From: Penicillus capitatus
Taxonomy: Eukaryota; Plantae; Chlorophyta
Length of the DNA stretch: 64,000 nucleotides
Assembly (NCBI GenBank): GCA_965649825.1
Contig: OZ287696.1
Span: 1,159,101 to 1,223,100, forward strand
Reading direction: 5' to 3'
Shown: one piece after another, positions 16,130 to 28,420 of the stretch
Layout: each line of letters begins with the position of its first letter
Numbering within the stretch: the stretch's first letter is position 1
Translations under genes and position numbers: made by a program
The notes under the pieces: generated by a model
Databases searched by the model: none
What the model was told of the DNA's origin: nothing
What the model saw: only the letters and a program-made list of their open reading frames with translations

Positions 16130-16260
16130 TCATTCTCGATCGATCGAGATCGATCGAATTTTAGCCTCTCAAAAACGATTGTGTGCTGCTGGGGTTCATC
16201 GATCGATGGATCGATGGAGCGATCGACGACAAAACGATCGATCCATCGATCCGATCGCAT
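16130..16260. repeat. GATC/ATCGAT-dense patch in the divergent PHYLLO-TFIIB intergenic region
   Basis: 11 GATC sites counted between 16138 and 16256; about 0.5 would be expected by chance. Confidence 0.85.
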
Positions 16261-16600
16261 GTACTCGTTGATGCGCGAGCTACGCCCCTAACGTTACATC
16301 TTCTATTCGGCCATTCTCCAATCGATTCTTCCCTTGAGTTATCCGGCATATTTCGATATCGAAACATCGTAATCCTATTCGTCACATGCACACCCAGCGT
16401 CGATTAAAAGCGCATCGGATTGTTTTGAAACGCTGTGACAAAACGATGAGTGAGATCTGTCGATGGCACTTCGGTTGTCACTCGCAAACAACCGCATCAC
16501 AAACTGTCACATCATCTCAGCCGTCTCATGCCTCGGCACGCTGTTCACGATTTCATTCGATATCGAGAATCTGCGCTTCACAAATTCAACGAATTCTAAC

Positions 16601-18019
16601 ATGGATCCTACCGTCAGCAGATTCGAACAGAATTGTCCAGATTGCGACGGGCGTGACTTCGTTGACGACACCGCGTCGGGCGACCTGATTTGTAAAGTAC
16701 TTACCCGACACGCGTGCTCAGCAGCCCGCATATGTATGTCCTTTAGCAATGCGGACTCGTCTTGGAATCCCACACAATCGATGAGAGGTCCGAATGGCGA
16801 ACCTTTTCTGACTCTGTACATCAGCATCATCACACGACTACACCTGACGTGTGAGAACATCTTTGTCGACAGGATAAGACAGGTTCGGACCCGAACCGTG
16901 TTGGGGCACCAGTGAATCCGTTATTATCGGGAGGCGGTTTGTCGACGGTCATCGGCAAAGTCGACGTACAATACGAAAAGACCTCCCATCTCTAACCACT
17001 GATGAGTGATACTGTGGCCAGGGTGACGGCGGTCACTCGTTTTCTCTTGGGAGGTTGAATGCTCGGACAAATCAGACCGACCGCAATTTGGTCAAAGCAT
17101 TCGCAGAGATTGGCGCCATGTGTGACAAATTGGCTTTGACGGAAGCCATTCGAGAACGATCCTGTGAATTTTATAAAGACTACCAAGAATTGAAGTCCCT
17201 CAAGGGACGCAAGGCGGTCGCCTTCCATGCTGCTTGTATCTATATCGCCTGCAGATTCGAATCTTATCCACGCACCTTCAAAGAAATCAATGCGGCAGCA
17301 CCAGAGGCATCGAAGAAAGAGATCGCCCGTTGTTTTAGACTCGTGATCACAGAAATGCAAGAGAACAAAGGAGTGGCGCTGGATGTAGGAACCGTACACC
17401 CTTCAGACTATATGGTAAGATCATACCACTCATAGACTCCGTCCGATCTGATCACACGTGTTACCAGAGACGGTTCGGTTCGAGATTGGGGTTCACGCAC
17501 GATGAAACACGTGCCTGTATTCAAGTGGCTCACGCAGCCATGCCAAAAGTGTGCTACGCCACTCGACACTGTTGATGGTGTCCTGTGCGTGTAGAATGGG
17601 AGAGACAATGGCGAGACGAAGCCTTGGGATGGTCGCAGTCCCATTTCCATCGCAGCCGGAATCATTTACCTTATTTCCATGACATCCAAAGTACATGACA
17701 GCCGCCATTTACATTCTCCGCTCACGTTTTAGAGGGTTCCAGACTCGAGAGCCGAATGAGAAAGTCAGTTTGGCTTCCATCTCTGAGGTGACTCAGGTGA
17801 GCGAAGGCACCATTGTTCCGACTTACAAAGAACTCAAAGCCGACATGGTATTGTCTCAGCTATCATGACATCCTGTATTATGCCAGCTGTGCCCTACAGC
17901 AACAGCTGCTGCCGGTTTGGTTCGTGCATGGAAGAAAGAAGTCAAGAAAAATGGAAACACCGCGCATCGAGAGCAACAACTCCGGAGTAGCTGCGACTAA
18001 TAAGAGGCCCCGTGTTTAG
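16601..18019 (+). CDS. TFIIB: General transcription factor IIB
   Basis: Zn ribbon CPDC...CK|QC, B-reader IDERSEWRTFSD, and cyclin repeats (AACIYIACR, RTFKEI, KKEIARCF, GRSPISIAAGIIY). Several ~50-nt introns. Confidence 0.93.
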
Positions 18020-18110
18020 ATCCCACGGGAGAATCCTTTGATTGGATGTGAGTGAAAGAGTATTGTTTGGCTCAAAAGGTGACCAACAATGTGAACAAGT
18101 CCTTATGCGG

Positions 18111-19107
18111 TTAGCTTAATTCTGCCAAGACATCTGTCTCCCTGATGACAATGTACTCTGTCTCATCCTCTCCCTAATGTACAAAATGAAGATCTCTTCC
18201 CGTCAGCGATGCGCATGTGCAGCAAGGCAACCTGAAGATCCGTTCCGCTGTATTGCGAGTACAGTATTGTCGATCCGATTGAGACATTTGGAGGCGTCTG
18301 CTTATCATCGACTTTCTTTCCGGGACCAACGCTAACCACCTGCAACACGATGTCCAGATAATATGACACAGGCAGGGAGGGGATGCACTGTTCCAAATGT
18401 TGGCTTTTCCGTTGCCGCCGATGTTAAAAGAACACCTGCGCTCGTTTTTTCTTCGGATTTGGAAACCTGCATGCAGCGAAGCTATACGGCAGGGCGCAGT
18501 GAGATAGATAGATCAGAGGACTTTGACAAGGATGCGATCACCCAGAGGCTTGAGTTTAGAAATCTCTGTTCCTGACATGATGCCGATTACATCTTCCTCC
18601 TGACATCCCAAAAGAGTGAGAAATTTTGCACACTATGTATGTATGCATGCTTTACTTTCAGCAGAACATGAGCAGCGCCGTCAACCGACAAATCCGTCCC
18701 CGAGTACTTTCCGTAGATCACATGATCGCCGACCTATCTCTGCACTCTTACTCAAAGCAGAGATCTATTATGAAGTGTGACTTTGAGTGCGCATCCCTCA
18801 CTGACTCTCGTAATGTCCCCTTGTGTGGATGCTTTCTGTGCCGAGGTCGGCAGCACAAGCCCTCCGGCTGTTTTGATGTCCGCCTCGCGCACCTTTACAA
18901 AGATCCGCTCTCCCACTGGTGTCACCTTCTTAAACTGCACACGATTGACGCATGGATCATTCAGTGCAGAGGTGGGTGGGTGGGCACTTGTTGAGGAAGG
19001 GTCGTGACGGCGGCGGCAACACGAAGACGCGCTCGGCCGAATCGCCCTCGTCGAACCGCATCGCGTTGGCCGATCGAACGTCGCACACATACGCCTTGAC
19101 TGTTCAT
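18111..19107 (-). CDS. CPN20: Plastid 20 kDa co-chaperonin (tandem GroES domains)
   Basis: Transit peptide MNSQGVCVRR..., then TPVGERIFVKV...TAGGLVLP. Second domain VVSVGPGK...ILYSQYSGTD and YIVIRETDVLAELS-TAA. Confidence 0.9.
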
Positions 19108-19179
19108 CTTCTACTGCGGCCTCTAGCAACGTTAACACAAGCCCTAACGCACAAGCACTTCGTACGGCACGAATTGCCA

Positions 19180-21003
19180 ATGGAATCGCGGCCCTTTCGC
19201 ATTGAAGACGGAAACGAGAATATCTGCGGCGCCTGTTTGCGCTCAGGCGTTCTCATTTGCTGCGAGAACTGCCCCGCAGCATTTCACCCGGAATGCGCAG
19301 GGTACCGCGACATCAACAGCGTCCCTGACGGAGACTGGTTCTGCTTTCTCTGTTCCCGCAAACTTGGCCTCCCTTTCATCACGGGAACGACCTTTCCAAA
19401 GTCTGTGGGTGAACAAGTGATGGTTGCTTGCGACGAACACAACGAAGTCTTTGCCAAAGCGGTGGTCACAGATGCAAGCGCGACGCATGTGACGCTCAAG
19501 AGACATGCCCGAAGTCGGACATATGCCGTTAACGATGCAAGACTATGGCGTGGGACAACAGACGATGCATCGTGGACGCAAACCCCCGAAGGGGAATATC
19601 GTCCCAACAGTCGTGCGTTTGAGATCGACTATCAGCAGATCGCATCGATGGAGGAGGAAGCGACGGATTCGATGCCGTCGAATCTCATTGAAGGCGGCTA
19701 TGCGCATTTCTTGCACTTTAAGAAAAGAGAACCGAAAGAGAAGCATTTCTTGGACCTCCTGACGCATTTTTGGAAGGTCCATATCAAAGCAGAAGACATA
19801 CAATGGCCTTCCTTTGGCTACATCGTGCCCCTCGCCGATCTCTGGTGCGTTTCTGTTTGAGATATAGATGGACATTTGCCTTCATAAGCGTCGTGCGTCT
19901 GTGTTAGGGATTGCGTCCAGAAACGGGGCGGATTTCAGACAGTCTGCGAACGAAATGCCTGGGACGAGATTGTGGAAGAGATGATGCCAAATCATGATCT
20001 GGTGCATTTTGGCTTCGTACTCAAACATATGTTTCAGACGGTGCTGTTGGATGTGGAGTCGAATGGCGGCGTGGAGGCGATGGAAATCATGAAAGCATAC
20101 CGACCTGTTCCTGAAGGCAGAGGCGATTCCCTAAACGAAGGGTCCGTCGTGGAAGGCAATGCGAAGAAACGGCGAAGGAGGTCTCGGAAGAAACGGAGAC
20201 TGCCGATCGCGGACGAATGGATTTCGTCACCGAGGGTGCCGCCGCCGGAAGACGTGTTAACTCCAACAGGACCCGCCATTCTGCAGACCTGGCCACAAGT
20301 ATACTCTGCCAGTCGTGCTGTACAGGAATACAGAACAGCGATCGGAATCGTTTCCCTTACAGAAATGGCGCGAAATCTGAACGTCGGGGACAAAGTGGAT
20401 GTCCGTCTCTATAGAGATTCGAGTTTGGGACCGTGGAGAGCCGCGCGGATCATGACCATCGCGACGGCCAGTGCGTTCGAAGGCTATCGACGTTTTCGCG
20501 TGAAGTTCAGTAAATCGAAAGATCCCGATCAGTTTCCGTCGCTCCCCGAGGAATGGGTGACGCTTTTGGCTCGACCCAGTGCATGGGGTACAACTCTGTC
20601 CAAACCGTCCGTTCTTGTCCGCTCCCCTCTAAAACCATACTTTCCACCTGTCAAATCATCCATCACACTGACACTCCGTGTTGGAGACCGCGTGGAAGCG
20701 TGGCTGCACAACGGCTGGTGGCCGGCAGCAATTTTGAGCATCAAAGACGATCAAGTGCTCCTCCAAGGCGATGTGATTCCGCTGGGAGAAGGTCTAAAAT
20801 GGATCAGCTCGTTGAGTTTCCTCCGTCCAGTGCCGGTGAGAGAAGAAGACGGTTACGGGATGATCGAACCACTGGACATGGACGAGGACATCTATCCTAA
20901 AGATATGGAGAAGAGACTAAACGTGACGGTCGACAAGACCATCGACGGGCATCTGATTCTGAGCTTCAAACGCCTGGACCAGAGACCTCAGAGAACTCGA
21001 TAG
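19180..21003 (+). CDS. Chromatin protein: PHD finger, ARID-like domain and Agenet/Tudor-like domains
   Basis: PHD CGAC...LICCENCPAAFHPEC...DWFCFLC. Splicing gives ARID-like LADLWDCVQKRGGFQTV...AWDEI...LKHMFQTVLLDVE. C-terminal VGDRVEAWLHNGWWPAAI is Agenet-like. Confidence 0.8.
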
Positions 21004-21350
21004 ACGTCAGTGTGGCATATCCAACGGATGACATAGTGCCTATGAACATATAGAATGACGGAGATGATGTGTAAGGTCGCTGTCAACAACGTAGCTAGGC
21101 AGTCCTTGGCAACGCGGATCGCCGAAATTAGCCCGAAGCGCTCGCTGCATGCATCCGCATGATGACGTCGTCGACATGACACTAGATTCCAAAGCAGAAC
21201 CTGCCGCGCTGGACCGCGTTCGGTTTCTGCATGGCGCTGCATTTCCATTTCAGGTGACGTGTACGGACGAAAATGGAACGGCCGCCTGTCGACCTCGTCC
21301 GAGTTGCCGTGTAAGGCCACGTTGCCGTTTTTGGACGAACGACCTACACT

Positions 21351-22029
21351 TTGGCTGTTGCTCGCAGGGAGAATGATTTGGAGGAAGAAACGGAGGAGCG
21401 CCATGTGACTGCTGTTTTTCCAACAGAAGGACGCGGCTTTGCATCGGACTCCGTCCAAGAGCTCAAAACCTCAGCTGGTAGTCGTTTCATCTCCGAGGCG
21501 CAAGTCCGCGTTCTCTGGACACCCCCATCCCCCTGCTCATCTCTCTGTTTAGCTCGACGAGGCACACGAGAGTGGACTGGCTACTCGTGATGCCCATGGT
21601 CAATCGGGGAAGAGTTTGGCAATCATCTTGGCGGAGAACAAGCAAAAGAAAGAAGATGCTTTTCAGGAACAGTGGCGTATGATGAAGCAGGGCAAGAATC
21701 GACCACTCGACGCCGAGGACTACGAATTCGTTGATGCCCTGTACAAAGAAAAAGCGAATCGAGCCCGAAGCGAGTTTGACGTTCAGCAGCGAGATGCAGC
21801 GGAGTTCAAGAAAGCACGCGAAGAGTTGGCTGCGGCGACTGAGGCTCCGAAAAAATCGCCGCCGTCTGTCAGGTCGACACGCAGAAAGAAGACAGCAGTG
21901 TCATTGAAACCCCAGCTGAAGATCGTACCCAAAAAACGCCGGTCGACCGTATCGGATACGGATCGTATACAAACGCCGTCGGAGAGCGGAATGGATGATG
22001 TCGCTGAGGTAAAGCGTATCAAAGAATAG
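21351..22029 (+). CDS. FAM192A/NIP30 (PSME3-interacting protein)-like; start uncertain
   Basis: SRFISEAQ and KSLAIILAENKQKKEDAFQEQW...RPLDAEDYEFVD match the FAM192A/Fyv6 N-terminal pattern. Confidence 0.7.
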
Positions 22030-22052
22030 CGATCGGGGTCTGTAGAACGGCG

Positions 22053-22894
22053 ATGCTTGAGATTCCGCTGCGAACACGCTGTGCGGAATGCAATCGATCG
22101 CTCGACGCCATCAAGGCACATGTCGAGGTTTCTCTCGCTGAGTCGTGTGCTGTCAATGTGCCATCGCGTCTTCGTCGATAGAAGCACTTCGAGGCGAGCG
22201 GAACGGCGAGTCGAAATGCGCTGGAAGCGATTGAGGTGATGACGTGTCGACCGCGAACGGCTGAGGTCTCGAAGCGACGACCGGTCTTCCGAAAACTGAA
22301 AGCGAAAACGGAGGTCGTTCTGCGACAAACGGCAAGAGAACGTATGCTTCACTTCAGTCAACAATTGGACGAACGGCGAAGGAAAGGCGCGAAACAACGT
22401 GTGAGGCATTCTTTGTCCAAATCGGACGGCATTTCATTCTCAGTTTTGTGTCCTGTGCACAACAGACCCCGTCAGAATCGCCTCCATGTCAGGAAGAGGT
22501 CGAGACGGAGCAGCCAACACTGCCCATTGTCGAGGAGATCTCGGCGATGGCACTCGAATCCGATTCCCTGCCGGAAGATGTGACTGTTCCAGAAGTGACA
22601 TCGATGGACAGGCCATCTGCAAAGAGACCTTCGTTGCTACACAACGAGCGATGGATCCAAAGCATACAATACAAGGTGTGCCGTGCCGGTTGCCTCGACG
22701 TTTGCTCTGGTGGTGGTTTTCAGATAGAGGCCAGAGGTCTGATTCTGCCTCCCCTCTGCTCTTGCGCTCAACAGATATCTCCTCTCGATATCGAATATAC
22801 CGATCATTGTTGCGACAATTGCGCCCTGTATCGCAACGAGAAACTGCATGGACAGCTACTCAGAACACTGCTGCGTTCATGGCAATTGCTTTAA
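22053..22894 (+). CDS. Hypothetical multi-exon protein with a C-terminal Cys motif (CCDNCALYRN)
   Basis: ATG 22053 (MLEIPLRTRCAEC). In-frame splices link ORFs 22236.. and 22448..22894. No family assigned. Confidence 0.55.
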
Positions 22895-22930
22895 CATCAA
22901 AACCCGTTTTCAAAACAAGAGATCCGTCGA

Positions 22931-23774
22931 TCAGAATCTGGCACTTTCCCAGCCGATTTTCTCGAGCTCCTTACGGATCGCACGGATTCTCTTTCTATTA
23001 ATATTTCCATCGCTTTCTCCGATTCGAGAGGAGCTTCTGTACTCCACAGTCCCTGGCCGATCGGAAGGAAACCAAAATTCCACGTCATCGATGAACTAAA
23101 CAGCAGATCGATCGACTGATTGCATCATGCATCCATAACGATGGTGTCGTCGTACACCAAAGGTAGGGCTCTGAAATTCGGCATACAGATAATCGTCCTT
23201 CTGTTCGATGATGGTGGGCGTGAATCTGTCGGGCTTTATCGTGCTCACCTGCAGAGCAGACGTTTCTTTTTGAAAATGTGGCCGAAAACAGCTTACCACC
23301 GATGCTAGCTCATCCATTGCTTGTTTCTGCGTCACAGGATTCGTTTGCCCACGTCCGTCTTGAGGATTGTACAATCTACCGAAGGCAGCTGTGATCATTT
23401 AGTCAGAAAGAGAGTGGAGAACAGAGGCGGGGCGTAGTGCTCGTCGCCTGGCAGGTCCGAAGTTCCAATACAGTTCGGTGTGGGCGGACAGACGTACAAA
23501 CTCTTGACGCCTCCGCCGTAATCCACCACACCCACGGGTTTCTTTCGCTTCACTACACCGAACGTGAAGACTGAACCTATTATGCCGACGTTCACCGTCA
23601 GATACAACAGCTCTCTGTAGTGAGACACGATCGCGGCCATACAGAACATTCTCGGCCTTACCGACGCGTTGTCGGCGATATGGGACCTGGCGAGGCCTGA
23701 GGCGGAGGAGGACTGCGTTTGGCCGGGGCCCGTTGCGGGGTGATCCGTGCCGGTTGGTAAGCGTGGCCGATCAT
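22931..23774 (-). CDS. DUF1499 family protein, probably plastid-targeted
   Basis: CPPTPNC, YLYAEFQSPTFG|FIDDVEF and VEYRSSSRIGESDGNINRKRIRAIR; Pro/Arg-rich N-terminus. Confidence 0.85.
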
Positions 23775-23825
23775 ACCGCGACGTTTAAATCTCGCTGTCG
23801 TTCTTCTGGATTGATTTCTTTGATC

Positions 23826-24232
23826 ATGGCATCTGGTTTCGGACTCACCGGTAACGTCGGGCGGTATGTGACACGTCTGTGCTTCTCCGTCTCGTGACAC
23901 TGTTCTTTGCAGCTGCTATCCATTCTGGATGGACTTCGCCCACGTAAGACCCAACCAGAAATGCCTTTCACTGTAGAGATGGTTCTGTAGTGCATGAGCA
24001 AAGCGACGGATCCAAAGGAATGTTTAGACCTGCGTGAAGATTACCTAGAATGCCTGCATCATAGAAAAGAGGTGAGGACGTGAATAAACTGGCGTCCGTG
24101 AATTTAGAAAACGGCTGTGTGCTTCAGAAACTCCGCGCAAACATGATGTATCGCGAGTTTCAGAGAAAACCCAAAGAGGAACAGGAGAGACTGATGAAGA
24201 TTCTGGAAGATACGCCAGACAGTGCAAAATAA
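23826..24232 (+). CDS. NDUFS5: NADH dehydrogenase (complex I) 15 kDa subunit NDUFS5
   Basis: Four exons give [50 protein letters not shown]..., the twin CX9C pattern of plant NDUFS5. It is absent from the ORF track because the exons are small. Confidence 0.92.
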
Positions 24233-24289
24233 CGATCTGCAGGAGGACGATCGAATGCTTAAGGCATTGTTTGCAATGTTCTTCTCTCT

Positions 24290-25903
24290 TTACATTTGTA
24301 CGTTGAATGGCAGCTGTCCTGTCGTGAAGGCAGGAATGTCTCGCTGTGCCACGTCTTCTGGTCGACTGTTCAGGACTTCGTCTGGCAAGATGATGAGTGA
24401 CCTGTCGAATAGCTCTGATAGAGTAGTGGCTGTCTTGAGTTCCTGATCGATCACTGCCTTCCATTTGCGTCCGTGCTTTTCGCCATGAAATAGATTAAGG
24501 ACAGGTTTGACGAGCGTCCGCAGAGAAGGTTGCCTTCGCTCATCGACGGCCCATTTCTGCAACAGACGATCACACTGTAGAGCATAGTCACGCAGTACCT
24601 AAAAAACAGGGACAGGGAACTCCGCTGAAACAAACACGGCAGCATGAACAACCTGACGACGGTCGAGAGCAGGATTGTTGGGTTCGCCGAAGATCTGTCG
24701 ATCGGCATCGCACAGCAGCGGCCATGGATGGTCATAAGCGGCACGTCCAACCATCGCACTTCTCAACTAAAACATCTCACTCTTTTGAAGTCTGCTCGGA
24801 AAAGAGTGAGACATACAGATGCTCCGTCATCTAGTTGATGATTCAAGATGTTGTGCACCTCTGAGAGCGACTGCACGCCTCCGTTGAGACTAAACTGCAT
24901 ATCTGGAAAGTCCCGCTTCAGCGCGAACACCCACTCGTATCTAGAAATGCGATGGAATACATAAAGTGAGGGCATTGCACGACAGATCACACTTGAGTGG
25001 CGGAATCGTTCGATTCTGATGTGGACTGAGACCGTTGAGTAGGCATTTCCTTGCATGAATGATGAAATGCTCGACACTTGATCCTTGGGAAACTGCCTTC
25101 ACAAAATGCACCACGTTGTCATAGGAATCGAAATCATCTACTCCTGTAAAGAAGAAGCATCGTTGGCTTTGGCCTTACAGCAGATACGTCATACCCAACC
25201 TGCACTTGATGGTCACTGGTGTATCCACGGCATCAGATATGGCGTGGGCACAAGATGCTACCAGATCTGGCTGCAACATCAGGGCTGCGCCAAAGCATCC
25301 AGCTCCAGCCACACGGTCGCTGCAGCCGATCAAGGTATCAGGAGAAAAAACAGGAATCAGGAGAGTGCCTTGGGCAGCCGCAATTGAGATTGATTTCATC
25401 ATAACCATAGCGGGCAACAATCTGAGCAGCTTCTGCCAAGAATTCAGGAGTACTGCCTCCAAGTTGACAGGCAATCGGATGCTGCTCTTGAGGAAACCAG
25501 AGAAATCGATCCGAATCTTTGTTGTAGCGTAGCGTCGAATCCACAATCATTTCGGTGTAGAGCCAGGTCTTTTTCGTCAGCAGCCTTACAAAGGAGCGGA
25601 AAAAGACATCCGTATACTCCATCCTGGAATTGGCAAACTCGTCAGATGAATCCATCAGCGGGAGAATTGAAAGATCTTTAACTGCGAAAGGCAGACGGAT
25701 AGTGTATCTGGAAATCTAGAAAGGACTCACATAGGCGCAATGCTGAGCTTTTCGCTGCCAGCCATGGGAAGATGCACAGACGAAGGTCTCGGGCGAATCG
25801 AATGGGATGCTAGATGGTCTGTGGACGATAGAGCATTTAGAGAACGCTTTACGTGCAAACAACAGTGTGTTTGCCTGGCACCGCACAGGATTCGGACTGG
25901 CAT
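24290..25903 (-). CDS. dusA: tRNA-dihydrouridine(20/20a) synthase, DusA family
   Basis: SIAPM|MEYTD, WLYTEM, QLGGS, EINLNCGCP, GAALM, TIKCRLG, FIIHARK, NRTIPPL, LNGG and GRAAYDHPW. Confidence 0.92.
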
Positions 25904-28340
25904 TTGCACGGATACCGACGGTGCGCGCACCGCTCACACGTTATGCGCAGGTATTGCGTCAAATCGATGTCGATCGAAATGTGTTGATGCGACATTCTAC
26001 ATCTGCGAGGTAAAGCGTTGAAATTGTCTACATGTCCAGAGTCCTGCGATTTCTTGTTTCTCTTTTCTGTTCACTCACACTCGGGGCGCCACCGTTGTGA
26101 TTGTGTCTGTCTTTCGTCTATATTTGCCACCGTTTCACGCCTCTGTACGCCAGATCTTTCCATACATACCTGTTAGTTATCGATCTTTTTGCGACAGCGA
26201 CGATTGGAAAACTCACGAAGCGCTGACGCTTTTGCACTCGACAGCTAGGTGCATAACGAAATAATGATCTTCCAATATGGTGCATGGATTCTGCTGATAG
26301 TCGAGAGCTGGTAAAAGATAAGTAAACGATCTGTCCGACGGGTCAACGATGACAAATCGGTTGATGATCTATGATAAGCCCGATATCATTGATAGAGTCG
26401 CTGATGATGGATCGGGTAGAAAACAACTGATCAATTCGACGTTTTATTTAAATAAGGCTCGATATCTGCGATCGGTTTGACGATGATTCCGGTGCATTAA
26501 AGCCTAAAGAGAAAGAAAGACTAGCAGATGTTCAACAGAGTTATCGAACACACGATGTAGACTCTGTCATGTAAATCGTCGTTGACGTGATAGAACTGAA
26601 CATTTCTGTGATCAGTTCGACAATGACCGATCGATTCGATGATTCATGATGAATCGGATGTCTTCGACACGGTCGACGATTTACGATGTGATTTGTTTGC
26701 GAACAGATCGATAATGACCCATCGCTTATCACCAAGACATTGATCGAGAAAGTTCTTGATCTCGCAAGTTCCCTCGACCATGATTGGCTGCTCCTGAAGA
26801 CTGCTTTTGATCACCGCCGCACTTCGACTGTGTCTTTTTTTGACTTCTTAAATGACTGTCCCTTTCTGCATTCTTCCGTTTTTCAAGATTCAAGACGTTT
26901 TAGACAAACGATCATTTATGGACGATGCAGCGAGGAGGCAACATGAGTAGAACTGCCGAATCTTGCCGATGGTGGACATCCTCGAGAGTCAACGCTACTC
27001 ACGGCAGCTCTTCTGTGCTGATTCTTCGTGCCGACGTGACACGTAATGTCGTCGGCTCGAAGACCAGATCGAGGCTTCAGAAAGCAGAAAACGCAATAAT
27101 CGATGTGTTCTGCAATCGAAAACAATCGAAGGTATCCATCCAATTAAATCCGATTCCAAACGGCGTCCGTGAAATTCTTCAAACCGGAGCCAAAGCCGTA
27201 GTCGTGAAAGCGCTCGCTCCTTTCGACATTGTCGTCTTCGTTCTCTGAAAAGACCTTCGAGGAGCGTCCGTAGATCAACTTTCTAATCAGAATCGTTAAC
27301 AAAGTCTACTTACTACGACGCGATTTCATTATCGGTCATCTGCGCACAACTTTGAGTTGCTGATCACACGTACCAAAGTCTGTATCGCTGACCCGCAAGG
27401 TATGCGGACAGTCGTCGACTGCGTTAAATTTTCAAGTGAAGTCCTTCGAAAAGCAGGTCTGAGATGTTCACCCAATCATAAGTGATCGAAACGCTTTTGA
27501 CGATCAAACAATCGTTAAACAAGCAAGAAAAAGTTGCATGGTGGAATCTTATTGGCAAGATGGAGGTATGATACGCAGAAATTGCTACCTTGTATCGTTG
27601 CATTGTGTCAACAGCTGCTGCAGTATCCTCCATGTAAACGCATGAATATTAGAGAAAGTGGTTAACGGATTACCTTTGTCCTGAATACAGAAGACTCGAA
27701 ACAGATATACATATCTCTGTCTCGAGCTGGCCGCTGTACTAATGATACCCTCGCCGAGTGACAGAGTGAATCTTTTTGCCAAATTGTTTCCCGCTAGGCA
27801 CGCTACACGATATCTGCGGAGTAAAGAAGTCTCTCATTTTCCATCAAGACTCTGTTAACAGATTTCTTCCCGTCATAAGTCGCTTGTGAAAATCCGTTCG
27901 TCTGTGGCAGACATAGGTCGCGCACGACTACGTTGTACAAAGAATCCGCTGGTGAACGCGCCATGATCGAATGCTAATAATAGCGCAATTTTTGCATACG
28001 CGGCTTAATAAATCTGAGGGTATTTGCGGTCGTGTTCTGCATATCCGCATTTTAAAGTTCCTCCCGAGTTTCGAGGCAGTGTGCATCGGTATTATGGCGA
28101 GAAATTTTCGTCTGTCCGTCATCTTTCTAATCTCAACGACTTTCGTTTTGTGCGTTGCGGGTCATGGTGGGTTGACTCTACGCGCCATATAACGTTGTTA
28201 ACTCTTCTTGTGTATGAAGCTCAACAGGACCTTGTTGAAACGAAGCTCTCACAGGACGGCACTGGCGGCGCAAACAAAAATTAGATTGCCTCCATGATTC
28301 TGTCGGCGAAGTCTTGGATGCACGTTTGAAACCACGCCCA

Positions 28341-28420
28341 GGCAGACGCAGACTCGCGGCCCCTCCTGTCGGCAGACGCAGACTCGCGGCCCCTCCTGTC
28401 GGCAGACGCAGACTCGCGGC
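28341..28420. repeat. Perfect 30-bp tandem repeat, 2.7 copies (GGCAGACGCAGACTCGCGGCCCCTCCTGTC)
   Basis: Identical units at 28341-28370 and 28371-28400, with a partial unit at 28401-28420. Confidence 0.97.

Noticed and set aside
16130-16260. Cyanobacterial HIP1 (GCGATCGC) signature or cyanobacterial contamination
   Set aside because: The full 8-mer is seen only a few times (e.g. near 42039, 59272 and 62152). The enrichment is of GATC/TCGA cores, and the flanking genes have spliceosomal introns.
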